Shown piece by piece: positions 49,359-61,605 of a stretch of DNA of 64,000 bases; within the stretch, counting starts at the first letter, position 1, and each line of letters opens with the position of its first letter. Under the pieces are notes generated by a model. That model searched no databases and was not told where the DNA came from. It saw nothing but the letters and a program-made list of their open reading frames with translations. The position numbers were made by a program, and so were the translations under genes. The stretch covers positions 32,001 to 96,000 of the forward strand of contig JBDHAC010000008.1 of NCBI GenBank assembly GCA_039588275.1. The letters are read 5' to 3'. Source of the stretch: Gemmatimonadota bacterium (GTDB taxonomy: Bacteria > Gemmatimonadota > Gemmatimonadetes > Palauibacterales > Palauibacteraceae).

Positions 49359-51338
49359 ATGAGCGATCAGAAGTCCTCGCCGTACGTGTCAGCGGCCACG
49401 CAGATGGCCGAGCTCACCTTCAAAGCCCTGGCCCTGGGTGTGCTGATGGCCGTCGTGCTCGGGGCCGCCAACGCTTACATCGGGATGAAGGCGGGACTCA
49501 CCGTCGCTGCCACCTTCCCGGCTGCCGTCGTAGCCATGGCCGCGTTGCGCCCCTTCCGGGGCACGGTGCTGGAGGAGAACATCGCGCGCACGACCGCCTC
49601 GGTCGGTGAGGCGCTGGTCGCGGGGGCGATCTTCACCCTCCCGGCCTTCATCATAGCCGGCGCGTGGACCAATCTGCGTTATTGGGAGAGCACCGCCATC
49701 ATGCTGGTCGGCGGCTTGCTCGGCGTGCTGTTCGTGATCGTCCTGCGTCGCACGCTCGTCGTCGAGGCCGAGCTTCCGTTCCCGGAATCGGTCGCGGCGT
49801 CGGAGATCGTCAAGGCCGGTCAGAAGGGTGAGACCGGCGCCAAGTACGTGTTCGGCGCGATGGGTCTCGCAGGTCTGTGGGAACTGTTCAAGAACTCCAA
49901 CGGAATCCTGTTCATCCAGGAGCGTACCGAGGCCGTATTCGAGTTCGGCCGCTCGACGATCGATATTCTGGGGAGCCGGATCGAGTACGCGGGCGGCATG
50001 CTCGTCTCCTCGCCCTCGGCCTCGCCGGCCCTCATGGGGGTCGGGTTCATCGTGGGCTCGCGGGTGAGCTCGGTGCTGTTCAGCGGGGCGGTGATGGGGT
50101 GGCTCCTGTTGGTGCCGTTGGCGCTCTTCCTCAACCCTGGACTCGTAGGTACCGTCGGCGCCGGGACCACGCTCGGAGACCTGGCCAACGAAGTCTGGGC
50201 AAAGCAGATCCGGCCGCTGGCGGTGGGCACGATGATCGTGGCCGCCTTCTACACGCTGTACACGCTGAAAGACGCCCTTGTGACGGGGATCGGGAGAGCC
50301 CTCGGGGACATCAAAGTCAAAGGTCCGGAAAAGACGATGGACCGGACCGAGATCGATCTCAGCCTGTCGCGCATACTCCCGGCGATCGGTGTAATGGCCG
50401 TCGCGACATTCGCGCTCTACTACTTCTTCACGAGCTCTGTGGTCGGGGCGCTGACCCTGACCGCAGTCATGGTGATCCTCGGGTTCCTGTTCGCGGCGGT
50501 CGCCGGATATCTGGTGGGGCTGATCGGGAGCTCGAACAACCCGATCTCCGGTCTCACGCTCAGCGCGCTCCTCATTGCGGCGGTGCTCATGGTCGCCCTC
50601 GGAGTCGTGAGCGTGCAGGGTGTCGCCGGTGTGCTCGGCGTGGCGGGGGTCGTCTGCTGCACCGCCGGCGTCGCGGGCGACATGATGCAGGACCTCAAGG
50701 TGGGCCATATCCTGGGCGGCACGCCCCGGCGCATGCAGCTGGCCGAGATCGCGGGCGTGATCGTCGCTTCGATGGTGCTGGCCTTCGCCCTCATGGCGCT
50801 GCACCAGGCATACACGATAGGCTCGGCGGAGCTCCCGGCACCGCAGGCAGGGTTGATGGCCCTCATGGCGAACGGGATCGTTGGTGGCGAGATGGCCTGG
50901 CCGCTGGTGATCGTGGGCATGCTGTTCGCCGTCGGACTCATCCTGATCAACGCGCCCTCGCCGATGCTGATCGCGGTCGGCATGTACCTCCCGTTCTACT
51001 CCACCGCGGCGATCTTCGTGGGCGGCTTGATCCGCTGGTTCCTCGAGAAGCGGCTCGATGCAGGAGGCGCGAGCGAGGAGGACAAGACTCGGGCGCGCAA
51101 CACCGGCGTGCTGCTCTCGTCCGGGTTTATCGCGGGTGAGTCGTTGATGGCGGTGCTGCTCGCCTTCCTCTTGATCGGGGGCGATTTCATACCTTTCCTG
51201 GTGAGTATGAAGGAACGGCTCACGCCGACCGTGGAGCCGAACTTCCTGCTCAGCCTGATCGTATTCCCGGCGCTGATCTACCTGCTCGTCATCTTCCCGA
51301 TCAAGAAGATGAGGGAACGCGCCGGCGGGTCGCGATAA
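49359..51338 (+). CDS. OPT-family oligopeptide / metal-chelate transporter
   Basis: ELTFKAL, ANAYIGMKAG, LEENI, GSSNNPISG, MQDLKVG, LPAPQA. Confidence 0.93.
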   Translation: MSDQKSSPYVSAATQMAELTFKALALGVLMAVVLGAANAYIGMKAGLTVAATFPAAVVAMAALRPFRGTVLEENIARTTASVGEALVAGAIFTLPAFIIAGAWTNLRYWESTAIMLVGGLLGVLFVIVLRRTLVVEAELPFPESVAASEIVKAGQKGETGAKYVFGAMGLAGLWELFKNSNGILFIQERTEAVFEFGRSTIDILGSRIEYAGGMLVSSPSASPALMGVGFIVGSRVSSVLFSGAVMGWLLLVPLALFLNPGLVGTVGAGTTLGDLANEVWAKQIRPLAVGTMIVAAFYTLYTLKDALVTGIGRALGDIKVKGPEKTMDRTEIDLSLSRILPAIGVMAVATFALYYFFTSSVVGALTLTAVMVILGFLFAAVAGYLVGLIGSSNNPISGLTLSALLIAAVLMVALGVVSVQGVAGVLGVAGVVCCTAGVAGDMMQDLKVGHILGGTPRRMQLAEIAGVIVASMVLAFALMALHQAYTIGSAELPAPQAGLMALMANGIVGGEMAWPLVIVGMLFAVGLILINAPSPMLIAVGMYLPFYSTAAIFVGGLIRWFLEKRLDAGGASEEDKTRARNTGVLLSSGFIAGESLMAVLLAFLLIGGDFIPFLVSMKERLTPTVEPNFLLSLIVFPALIYLLVIFPIKKMRERAGGSR

Positions 51339-51419
51339 CATGTAGCCGAGAACCTCTCAGGCGCGTCAGTATGGGGGCGGCTCCCGCGGGGGCCGCCCCT
51401 GCCGCATCGTACCACCGCT

Positions 51420-51449
51420 TTGACAGGATGTCTTAGCGCCTCGTAGCAT
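51420..51449 (+). promoter_or_regulatory. sigma70-type promoter of hsp20-clpB
   Basis: TTGACA-N18-TAGCAT. Confidence 0.6.
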
Positions 51450-51739
51450 CCGACCTGACAGCCCAATCGCCGGACCGTTTAAGACATCCCATATGCCTAA
51501 CTGGCAGCTTTGCGGTCGGGTCAATCTGGACAGGCCGCCGCATCGGCGGAAAAACCCGCCATTTCAGGCTCTTCGAAGGGCATGCCTTTTGCCCCCCACG
51601 ACTCGCGGGCGCGTCTGCGTCGAGAGCACCGTGCATCAGGGAGACACCCCTACGTTGGAGAGCCCCGCCGGGGCCTCGACACCGAGCGCACGCAGACACC
51701 GGTTGACGTACGGACGGACATACACGCGGGAGGATCGCT

Positions 51740-52330
51740 GTGAACGAGGAGAGAGAGACCGGCGGTTGGGAGGACCCGACAGCGGGAGATGCCGACATGG
51801 CTGGCTCGCAGGCGGACGGGTACGCCGGGAGCGGCGAAGAGGCGAACGCCGCCCCGGGCGATGGCCAAGAGGCGAGCGGTGATGAGCAGGATGAGAGCGA
51901 GGGCAGCCGCGGCTGGAACCCCTGGAATTCCTTCTCCGAGCTCCAGGAGACCGTGAGCGACATCGTGGACTCGGCCCTGCGGAACGTGGGTCCGATGGCG
52001 TCCGGAAGATATCCCCGTTACGACTTGATCGAGGTCCCCGGGGAAGGGTACTGGATTCTGATGGACCTACCCGGGGTGCACCGGGACGACCTCGAGGTGA
52101 CGACGGTGGGCGACGACCTGACGATCAGCGGACAAAGAGCCAGGCCCGACTTACCGGACGGAGCCGACGTGTGTCGATCCGAGCGCGCGTTCGGTCGCTT
52201 CCGGCGCTCGATCCGGATGCCGGCAGACGTCGACGTCAACCGTGTCGGTGCCAAGCTGGAGAACGGAGTCCTGCGCCTCACGCTGCCACGCCGCACGGGC
52301 TCGGAGGAGCACAAGGTGGAGATCGAGTGA
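51740..52330 (+). CDS. Hsp20/alpha-crystallin small heat-shock protein with acidic N-terminal extension
   Basis: [32 protein letters not shown]-terminal VEI; GGAGGA SD. Confidence 0.92.
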   Translation: MNEERETGGWEDPTAGDADMAGSQADGYAGSGEEANAAPGDGQEASGDEQDESEGSRGWNPWNSFSELQETVSDIVDSALRNVGPMASGRYPRYDLIEVPGEGYWILMDLPGVHRDDLEVTTVGDDLTISGQRARPDLPDGADVCRSERAFGRFRRSIRMPADVDVNRVGAKLENGVLRLTLPRRTGSEEHKVEIE

Positions 52331-52331
52331 G

Positions 52332-55001
<2,670 letters not shown>

Positions 55002-55115
55002 CTCCGTGTGGTACGGCGGCGGCGACGACCCCGGTTGGGTCGGAAGCCCGGCGATGGTAGCATGTAGCGTGCGGCAGGGCGGACTCGAGCGGGTGGCTCA
55101 AGCAGGGAGGTGAGG

Positions 55116-55562
55116 ATGCGCGGGATCGTACGGGGGTCGGCAGCCGGTTTTTTCGCACTCGCCCTTGTCGGGTGTGCATCGGGGGGCGGCCTTTCGGAGG
55201 GCCGCGAAGCGTACGGCGCGCTTTCGGCGCAGAGCGCGGTGGGCCAGTTCCTGGATGCCGCGAACCGGAGCGATTACCGCCTCATGGCGCGACTGTTCGG
55301 GAGCATCGAGGGCCCGGCCGAGCAGGATCTGGGGCGCGTGGAAGTCGAACAGCGGATGTTCGTGCTCGCTTCGCTACTTCAGCACGCCTCGTACTCGCTC
55401 CGGGAGATGGAGGTCGCGATGGAGGGCGGGCGGCGGCGGGTCATCGCTGACATTGTCGGCACGAGAAACGGCGACGTGTCGGTGCCGTTCGCCACGGCCA
55501 GCAACCAGGGTCGCTGGTTCGTGGAGCAGATCTTCACCGATGCGCTCACCGGGGGGGAGTAG
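55116..55562 (+). CDS. lipoprotein of unknown function
   Basis: Lipobox LVGC; AVGQFLDA...GRWFV pattern (NTF2-like by eye); GGAGG SD. Confidence 0.75.
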   Translation: MRGIVRGSAAGFFALALVGCASGGGLSEGREAYGALSAQSAVGQFLDAANRSDYRLMARLFGSIEGPAEQDLGRVEVEQRMFVLASLLQHASYSLREMEVAMEGGRRRVIADIVGTRNGDVSVPFATASNQGRWFVEQIFTDALTGGE

Positions 55563-56319
55563 CGGCTCGACCCAGCCTCGGACGCTCGTACCAGCGGGCC
55601 AGAGTGCGAGGCGGCACGCGCGCGGTATAGGCGGCGCGCAGCAGCCAGTGCGAGACTACCGTCCGGACGAACCCCCGCCCTCGCCAGCGGCGATCCGACG
55701 TGAGGGCGACCGCGTCCACCAGTTGAAAGCGCCCTAACCGGCGGAGCGACCGCACGAACCCGACGTCCTCGAACAACGGCTCCTCGGGGAACCCCCCCAC
55801 GCGCTCGAAGGCCCAGCGAGTCGAGAAGATCGCTTGATCCCCGGTGGCCGTGCGGAAGACTCGCGTACGCAGATTCACGCCGCGCTCCAGCAAACGGTAG
55901 CGGATCCCCCATTCAGGTGACGGTTCCACCGCGAATCGACAGCACCCGCCGACCGTGCCCGGATCGTTCGAGGCCTCGAGGATTCGGCCACCTGCCAGCG
56001 GGTCCAGCGTGGTGTCCGCATGTAGAAAGACGAACACCCGGCCGCGCGCCAGACGCGCACCCGCGTTCAGTTGAGCGCCACGCCCGCGTGGGGCCGTGAC
56101 GACCCTGGCCAGCTTGGACGCCCGCTCGACGGTATCGTCGGAGCTTCCGCCGTCGGCCACGATCAGGTCGACCGTCTCGCCGAAGGCTTTGATCGCGGAG
56201 CGCAAGGCCGCCCCAATGGTCTCCGCCTCGTTCAGAGCCGGGATGACCACGGACACATCAACCGGCGACTCGGCTCGCCGGGTCGCCGCCGCGCTCGCCT
56301 GGATGTCGGCCTCGCTCAC
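55546..56319 (-). CDS. family 2 glycosyltransferase, TIGR04283-like
   Basis: SVVIPALNE, DGGSSD, GRGAQLNAGA, FLHADT, GDQAIF, LFEDV, TSDRRW. Confidence 0.88.
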   Translation of the reverse strand: MSEADIQASAAATRRAESPVDVSVVIPALNEAETIGAALRSAIKAFGETVDLIVADGGSSDDTVERASKLARVVTAPRGRGAQLNAGARLARGRVFVFLHADTTLDPLAGGRILEASNDPGTVGGCCRFAVEPSPEWGIRYRLLERGVNLRTRVFRTATGDQAIFSTRWAFERVGGFPEEPLFEDVGFVRSLRRLGRFQLVDAVALTSDRRWRGRGFVRTVVSHWLLRAAYTARVPPRTLARWYERPRLGRAATPPR

Positions 56320-56735
56320 TCGCTCGAATCCACCTCGGTCAGCTCGATGAGGACGCCTCCGGTGGACCTCGGGTGGAGAAAGGCGACACGCCGGCCTCCG
56401 GCGCCGACCCGAAGCCCGGGAGGTATAATCTCGGCGCCGGCCCCCGTGGCTCGCTCCAACGCGTCGTCGAGATCGGGAACCTGTAGGCAGACGTGATGGA
56501 TCCCGGGACCCCGTCGAGCCAGAAACCGGGCGATGGGTGATTCGGAATCCGTCGGCTCGAGCAGCTCGACGCGACCCGCCCCCGCGCCGAAGAAAGCGAC
56601 GCGGACGGATTCACTCGCGATTTCCTCCACCCCGGTGGGCGGAGCGCCCAGCATGGCCTCATACACAGGGAGATCGCGATCGAGTGAGTTGACCGCGATT
56701 CCGACGTGATCGATAATGGGCACCGAATCTGCCAT
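56316..56735 (-). CDS. mce: methylmalonyl-CoA epimerase (VOC family)
   Basis: IDHVGIAV, VELLEP, GPGIHHVC, FLHPRSTGGVLIEL. Confidence 0.9.
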   Translation of the reverse strand: MADSVPIIDHVGIAVNSLDRDLPVYEAMLGAPPTGVEEIASESVRVAFFGAGAGRVELLEPTDSESPIARFLARRGPGIHHVCLQVPDLDDALERATGAGAEIIPPGLRVGAGGRRVAFLHPRSTGGVLIELTEVDSSE

Positions 56736-56891
56736 TCGTACGTTACCCTTGATCGTGGGCGCCTGTCCGGCGAGGAAGCGAAAGCCGAACTTTCTGCCGC
56801 CCGCAACGTATTCGTAGCCTAACGCGAGATCTAGCGGCCGCGCGTGATGAACGGAGCACCCTCACGCGCGACTGACTCAGGGAGGGATGAG

Positions 56892-57230
56892 ATGAGCGAG
56901 ATGGTGGGGGGCGGGCCGGTCGAGATCACGGATGAGAACTTCGCCGACGAGGTCGAGAGCTCGAATGGTCTCATGCTGATCGACTTCTGGGCCGAATGGT
57001 GCGGCCCGTGCCGCATCGTGGGCCCGATCATGGAGGAGCTGGCGAGCGACTATGCGGACGTGCTGAAGGTCGGCAAGTTAGACGTGGACGCGAATCCGCA
57101 AACGTCGCAGCGTTTCAACATTCGGTCGATCCCGAGCATTCTCTTCTTCAAAGACGGCGAGCTCGTCGACATGGTGATCGGCGCGCTGCCAAAAGCCGCG
57201 TTGGAACAGAAGATTCTGGAACACACGTAG
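56892..57230 (+). CDS. trxA: thioredoxin
   Basis: DFWAEWCGPC, SIP, FKDG. Confidence 0.96.
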   Translation: MSEMVGGGPVEITDENFADEVESSNGLMLIDFWAEWCGPCRIVGPIMEELASDYADVLKVGKLDVDANPQTSQRFNIRSIPSILFFKDGELVDMVIGALPKAALEQKILEHT

Positions 57231-57332
57231 GCCGGGTAGAGCCTCGAAGCACGTAATGGGGCCTCCCGCCCGTCGACCGGGTCGGGGGGCACCAGCGTTT
57301 TCGGGGCCTGTCCGTCTGGGGAGCCGGGTGGG

Positions 57333-58175
57333 ATGGCAGGGGTCCTATACCTTGTGAGCACACCGATCGGCAACCTCGCCGACATCACGGCGAGGGCAGC
57401 CTCGGTCCTCGGGGAGGTTTCGGTGTGTTACGCTGAAGACACTCGCCGCACCGGCCGTCTCCTCGCGCACCTGGGGCACGACATAGCTCTCCGCTCACTC
57501 CACGCGCATAACGAAGCCGAGCGAGTGACCGAGATCGTCCGCCGGCTGGAAGCCGGGGAGGATTGCGCGCTCGTAACCGACGCGGGCACACCGTCCGTAT
57601 CCGATCCGGGCCGGCGCGTGGTCGAAGCCCTGCACGAGCGCGACCTGCGCGTCGTGCCCGTCCCCGGGGCATCGGCGGTACTTACGGCCCTGACCGTCTC
57701 CGGCCTACCGGCGGATCGCTTTCTGTTTCTCGGCTTCGCTCCCCGCCGCGGGCCCGCCCGGGCGGAGTGGATCGCGCAGGTCGCGGCCTCTCCCCATACG
57801 GTGGTAGCCTTCGAATCGCCGAGGCGACTCGAGCAGCTTCTCATGCATCTAAGTGAAGCGGGTCTCGGCGAGCGCACCTGCGTCGTTTGTCGGGAGCTCA
57901 CCAAGCTGCACGAGGAGGTTCGACGCGGCACGGTCACCGCCCTGCGCGAGGAGAGCGCGGGGGAGACGATACGCGGAGAGATCACATTGGTCATCGCGCC
58001 CGGAGGGCCAAGCGCCGAGCCGGACCCCGAGACGTTGGAGCGAGCCGCGCGGGAGCTGGCACGCTCAGGAGCCAGCACTCGGGATATCGTAGACCGCCTG
58101 TGTGACGAGTTCGGTGTTTCACGGAATCGAGCCTACGAGATCGGCTTGCGTGTAGAACCCGGAGACCATGCGTAG
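57333..58175 (+). CDS. rsmI: 16S rRNA C1402 2'-O-methyltransferase
   Basis: LYLVSTPIGNLADIT, EDTR, DAGTPSVSDPG, FESPRR, RELTKLHEE. Confidence 0.96.
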   Translation: MAGVLYLVSTPIGNLADITARAASVLGEVSVCYAEDTRRTGRLLAHLGHDIALRSLHAHNEAERVTEIVRRLEAGEDCALVTDAGTPSVSDPGRRVVEALHERDLRVVPVPGASAVLTALTVSGLPADRFLFLGFAPRRGPARAEWIAQVAASPHTVVAFESPRRLEQLLMHLSEAGLGERTCVVCRELTKLHEEVRRGTVTALREESAGETIRGEITLVIAPGGPSAEPDPETLERAARELARSGASTRDIVDRLCDEFGVSRNRAYEIGLRVEPGDHA

Positions 58176-61100
58176 CCATCGGAGAGACGGCCTGGAACGT
58201 TTCGTCGACGCGGTCACGGCGGTGCGACGGCGGGTCGGGTTCGTGTTCCTGGCGCGTGGAATCACTCTGGCGGCCGCCGTCGTCCTGCTGCTTAGCGTGG
58301 TGCCGGCGGACCTGCGGGAGGGGCGAGGTTCACCGTGGCCGCTGCTCGCCGCGTTCCTGCTCGCGATCGGGATCGCGGCAGGGGCGGCCCTGTACCGCCG
58401 TACACGGAGCCGGCTGACCCCACCTCGTGTGGCACTGGAAGCCGATCGGGCAGCCGGGCTCGGCGAAGGCGATGTCCTGGCCGCACTCGAGCTCGTTCGT
58501 TCAGAACGACACATAGTTGAGGACGGCCTCGCGTCGCTGGCCGGTCTGCACCGCCGCCGTGTGAGCGAGGGGCTCGCCGACTTGACCCTCGAGCGGTTGC
58601 TGCCCGCGAGCACGTCCCGCTGGCGGCGGCGGGCGGCGCGCGCGCTTCTCGTCGGCGCCGCAGTCCTCGGCCTCCTGGCCGTCTCGATCATCGCCCGACC
58701 GAGAGCCACTTATTCGGCCGCGGCGGCGCTCGGCGCCCCGTGGCGCACAGCGTTCCCGCCACCGCTTCTCCCCCTCCAGGTCAGTCTGGAGGACGAGGTG
58801 GTCGCGAGGGGCCGACCGGCCGACGTGCGAGTGGAGGCTCCGGGACGAAGCGAGGTGACCCTCGTCTGGCAGGTCACCGGCGAGCCGCCACGGAGGCAGG
58901 TGCTCCCCGTGGGGGAGGGGGACGAGGCGAGTGGCTCGACGGACCCGATCACCGTGCCGCTGCGCCTGTGGGCGGAGGATGCGGAGGGGGAGACGAGCGA
59001 CACGCTTCTCGTCCGCCCCGTCGAGCCGCTGCTCGTGCAAGATCTGCGCGCGACGATTACCTATCCGGCCTACCTGGGGCGAGGGGGAGAGGTCCACCGA
59101 GGCCGGATCCCCCCGTTGGTGATCCCCGAGGGAACGAGGGTCGCGCTCGCCGGCGAGGCGAATCAGCCGCTCGACGACGCCCACTTGGAGCTCACACCGA
59201 TCGCGTCGGCGTCCGGGTCCGAGGTCAGCGAGCCGACCCTGTTGCTCGATTTGGCCGGGCGCAGCTTCAGCGGCGAGTTGTGGCCCACGGTTTCCGGACG
59301 GTGGATCTGGCGGCTGGAGTCGGCTCTCGGCATCGGCGCTCCGATCGTCCCCGAGCCTCTAGAGCTCATCGTGATACCGGATGCGCGACCGGACATCCGC
59401 CTGCTATTCCCGGCTCCCGACACGCTGCTAGGGCCCGACGCTGTCATGCCGTTGGTTCTCGACATCGAGGACGATCTCGGGCTCAGGCGGGCCGAGCTCG
59501 CCTGGTGGCGATCGGTTCCCGGCGGAGGCCCGCCGAGTCGACGACGAGACCCGCTGTCGCCGGATCCCGCTGGACAGAAACGGGCCATCTTCCGTCCGAT
59601 CCTCGACCTGCGTGGAGAGGATCTCATTCCGGGCGATACGGTCTTCTACCGCATTCTGGCCTATGACGACCATCCGAGACGAGGACCGACCCAATCGGAG
59701 ACGTTCCTGATCCGAGTGCCGACCCTCGCCGAGGTCAGGGCGGCCCGTGCGGACGAGAGCGAGGCCATCGCGAATGACGCCCGCCGGCTCTCCGAGGCGG
59801 CGGAACAACTCGAGGATGCGGCCGCCGAGGCCGAGCGTCGGGCATCCTCGGAGAGTCAGGCCGAGGCCGACGCCCGACCTGGCGAGCTGGGCTTCGAGGA
59901 GACCGAAGAGGCGCGCGGCATTCTCGACCAGGCGGAGGGGATGCAGGACGCGATGCGCGAGCTCGAGGAGGATCTTCAGACGCTCCGAGAGGACATCCGG
60001 GAATCCGTATTGGCCGATCCGGTCCTCGAGGATCAATTGGCCGAGCTCGCCGAACGCTACCAGGAGCTACTGGAAGCGGGTCTGGCCGAGCACATCGAGG
60101 AACTGTCGCGTGCCCTCCGCGAGCTGGATTCGGACGCCGTGAGAGAGGCGCTCGAGAATATGTCGGGTCAAGCGGAGTGGCTCCGCGAACAGATCGAGCA
60201 GACCCTCCGTCTGTTGGACCAGGCGTCGCTTGACCAGGCCGTAAAGGCGGCACGCGCCGAGACCGGTGAGCTGGCTGAAGCACAACGCGACGCCGCGCAG
60301 GACCGGGACACCGCTCCCGAAGAGTGGGCTGCCGGGGAGGAGCGTCTGGCCGAGGACGCGGACTCGCTGGCCGCTTCGCTGGACGAGCTCGCACGTCGAC
60401 TCGCGGAGGCGGGCCAAGAACCGGCCGGTGACTCGGCCGCGACCGCCGGTGACCGGGCCGACCGGGCGGCAGATGCCATGCGGGAGGCGGCGGCGACGGC
60501 GTCCCGCGCGTCTCCCGAGGCGGGTGGGGAAGCCCAGGCTGAGCGCGCTCAGGAGGCGGCGCGCGATGCCGCTGAGGAGGCGGCCCAGGCGTTGGAGCGT
60601 GCCTCCTCGGCCCTCGACGGCGCGACAGATCCGTCGAGCGCGCGGGACGATGCCGTGGAGTCGTTGGGGCGGGCCCGCGCAGAAGCCCTGTCACTGGCCG
60701 ACGCGGAAACCGACCTGGCCGAAGCCGCGCGAGGGGCCGAGTCCATCGCACCCGAGACCTGGCGAGCCCGTCAGGCCGCGGTCCGACAGGGACTCGAGAA
60801 CCTGCTCTCGACACTGTCCGAAGATGGAAGTCGCAGCTCGGTGCTCGATCGAGAGATCGGGACCGCCGCGGGTGACGCGGCCGAGCAGATGGATCAGTTG
60901 CTGGAGCGTATGACGAGCGACGGTGGGAGGCGCCTCCCATCCCGCTCGGAGGCGGAGGCGGTCGTGGACGCCCTCAACGAGCTCGCAGCTCGTCTGATCG
61001 CCGGCGAACGAGCGGCGCAGGCGGCACAGCAACAGGCCGGGCAGGAAGCGGCGGCGGAGCAGATGACGTCTCTCGCGCAGCAACAACAGGGTGTGACGCA

Positions 61101-61605
61101 ACGCACGAGCTCGCTCCTGGTGCCCGGCCCGAAGCCGAGCGGCGAGCAGCGGTCTACTGAAGTCGCGCGTGAACAGGAGGAGATCGCCGAGCAGCTTCGA
61201 GAGCTCGACGATCCGCAGAACGACCTCCTCGGACGGCCGGAAGAGTTGGCACGTGAAGCGCAGGATATAGCGCGCCGCATCCAATCGGGCGATGCGACAC
61301 CAGAGACGGTCGAGCGACAGAGGAGGCTCTTCCGGCGCATGCTGGACGCGGGTCGATCGCTGGAGGACGAGGACCTGGATCCCAACCGGCGAGAGTCCGA
61401 GACGGGGCGCACCGCTCCGCGTGCACCGCCGGAGATCGACCCGGACCTCCTGCGCGGCGCCCGGTTCCCGCTCCCGAGCGAGGCGCTGCTCCGGGATCTG
61501 CCGCTGTTCTACCGGCGCCTGATCTTCGACTACTTCGACCGACTGAATCGCGGACCGGGCGGACCGACAAGCGCGACCTCGGGTGACGATGGGGCTCGTC
61601 GGTAG
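58168..61605 (+). CDS. large membrane-anchored coiled-coil protein, DUF4175-like
   Basis: About 3 N-terminal TMs, beta-rich region, long Glu/Ala/Gln helical region, C-terminal RMLDAGRS...FYRRLIFDYF. Confidence 0.8.
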   Translation: MRSHRRDGLERFVDAVTAVRRRVGFVFLARGITLAAAVVLLLSVVPADLREGRGSPWPLLAAFLLAIGIAAGAALYRRTRSRLTPPRVALEADRAAGLGEGDVLAALELVRSERHIVEDGLASLAGLHRRRVSEGLADLTLERLLPASTSRWRRRAARALLVGAAVLGLLAVSIIARPRATYSAAAALGAPWRTAFPPPLLPLQVSLEDEVVARGRPADVRVEAPGRSEVTLVWQVTGEPPRRQVLPVGEGDEASGSTDPITVPLRLWAEDAEGETSDTLLVRPVEPLLVQDLRATITYPAYLGRGGEVHRGRIPPLVIPEGTRVALAGEANQPLDDAHLELTPIASASGSEVSEPTLLLDLAGRSFSGELWPTVSGRWIWRLESALGIGAPIVPEPLELIVIPDARPDIRLLFPAPDTLLGPDAVMPLVLDIEDDLGLRRAELAWWRSVPGGGPPSRRRDPLSPDPAGQKRAIFRPILDLRGEDLIPGDTVFYRILAYDDHPRRGPTQSETFLIRVPTLAEVRAARADESEAIANDARRLSEAAEQLEDAAAEAERRASSESQAEADARPGELGFEETEEARGILDQAEGMQDAMRELEEDLQTLREDIRESVLADPVLEDQLAELAERYQELLEAGLAEHIEELSRALRELDSDAVREALENMSGQAEWLREQIEQTLRLLDQASLDQAVKAARAETGELAEAQRDAAQDRDTAPEEWAAGEERLAEDADSLAASLDELARRLAEAGQEPAGDSAATAGDRADRAADAMREAAATASRASPEAGGEAQAERAQEAARDAAEEAAQALERASSALDGATDPSSARDDAVESLGRARAEALSLADAETDLAEAARGAESIAPETWRARQAAVRQGLENLLSTLSEDGSRSSVLDREIGTAAGDAAEQMDQLLERMTSDGGRRLPSRSEAEAVVDALNELAARLIAGERAAQAAQQQAGQEAAAEQMTSLAQQQQGVTQRTSSLLVPGPKPSGEQRSTEVAREQEEIAEQLRELDDPQNDLLGRPEELAREAQDIARRIQSGDATPETVERQRRLFRRMLDAGRSLEDEDLDPNRRESETGRTAPRAPPEIDPDLLRGARFPLPSEALLRDLPLFYRRLIFDYFDRLNRGPGGPTSATSGDDGARR

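Noticed and set aside
51345..51365. CTCTCAGG glycine-riboswitch-like motif
   Set aside because: Other aptamer elements are missing and it lies directly after the OPT stop codon
51433..51460. TTAGCGCCT as a CIRCE left arm
   Set aside because: No GAGTGCTAA-like right arm 9 nt downstream
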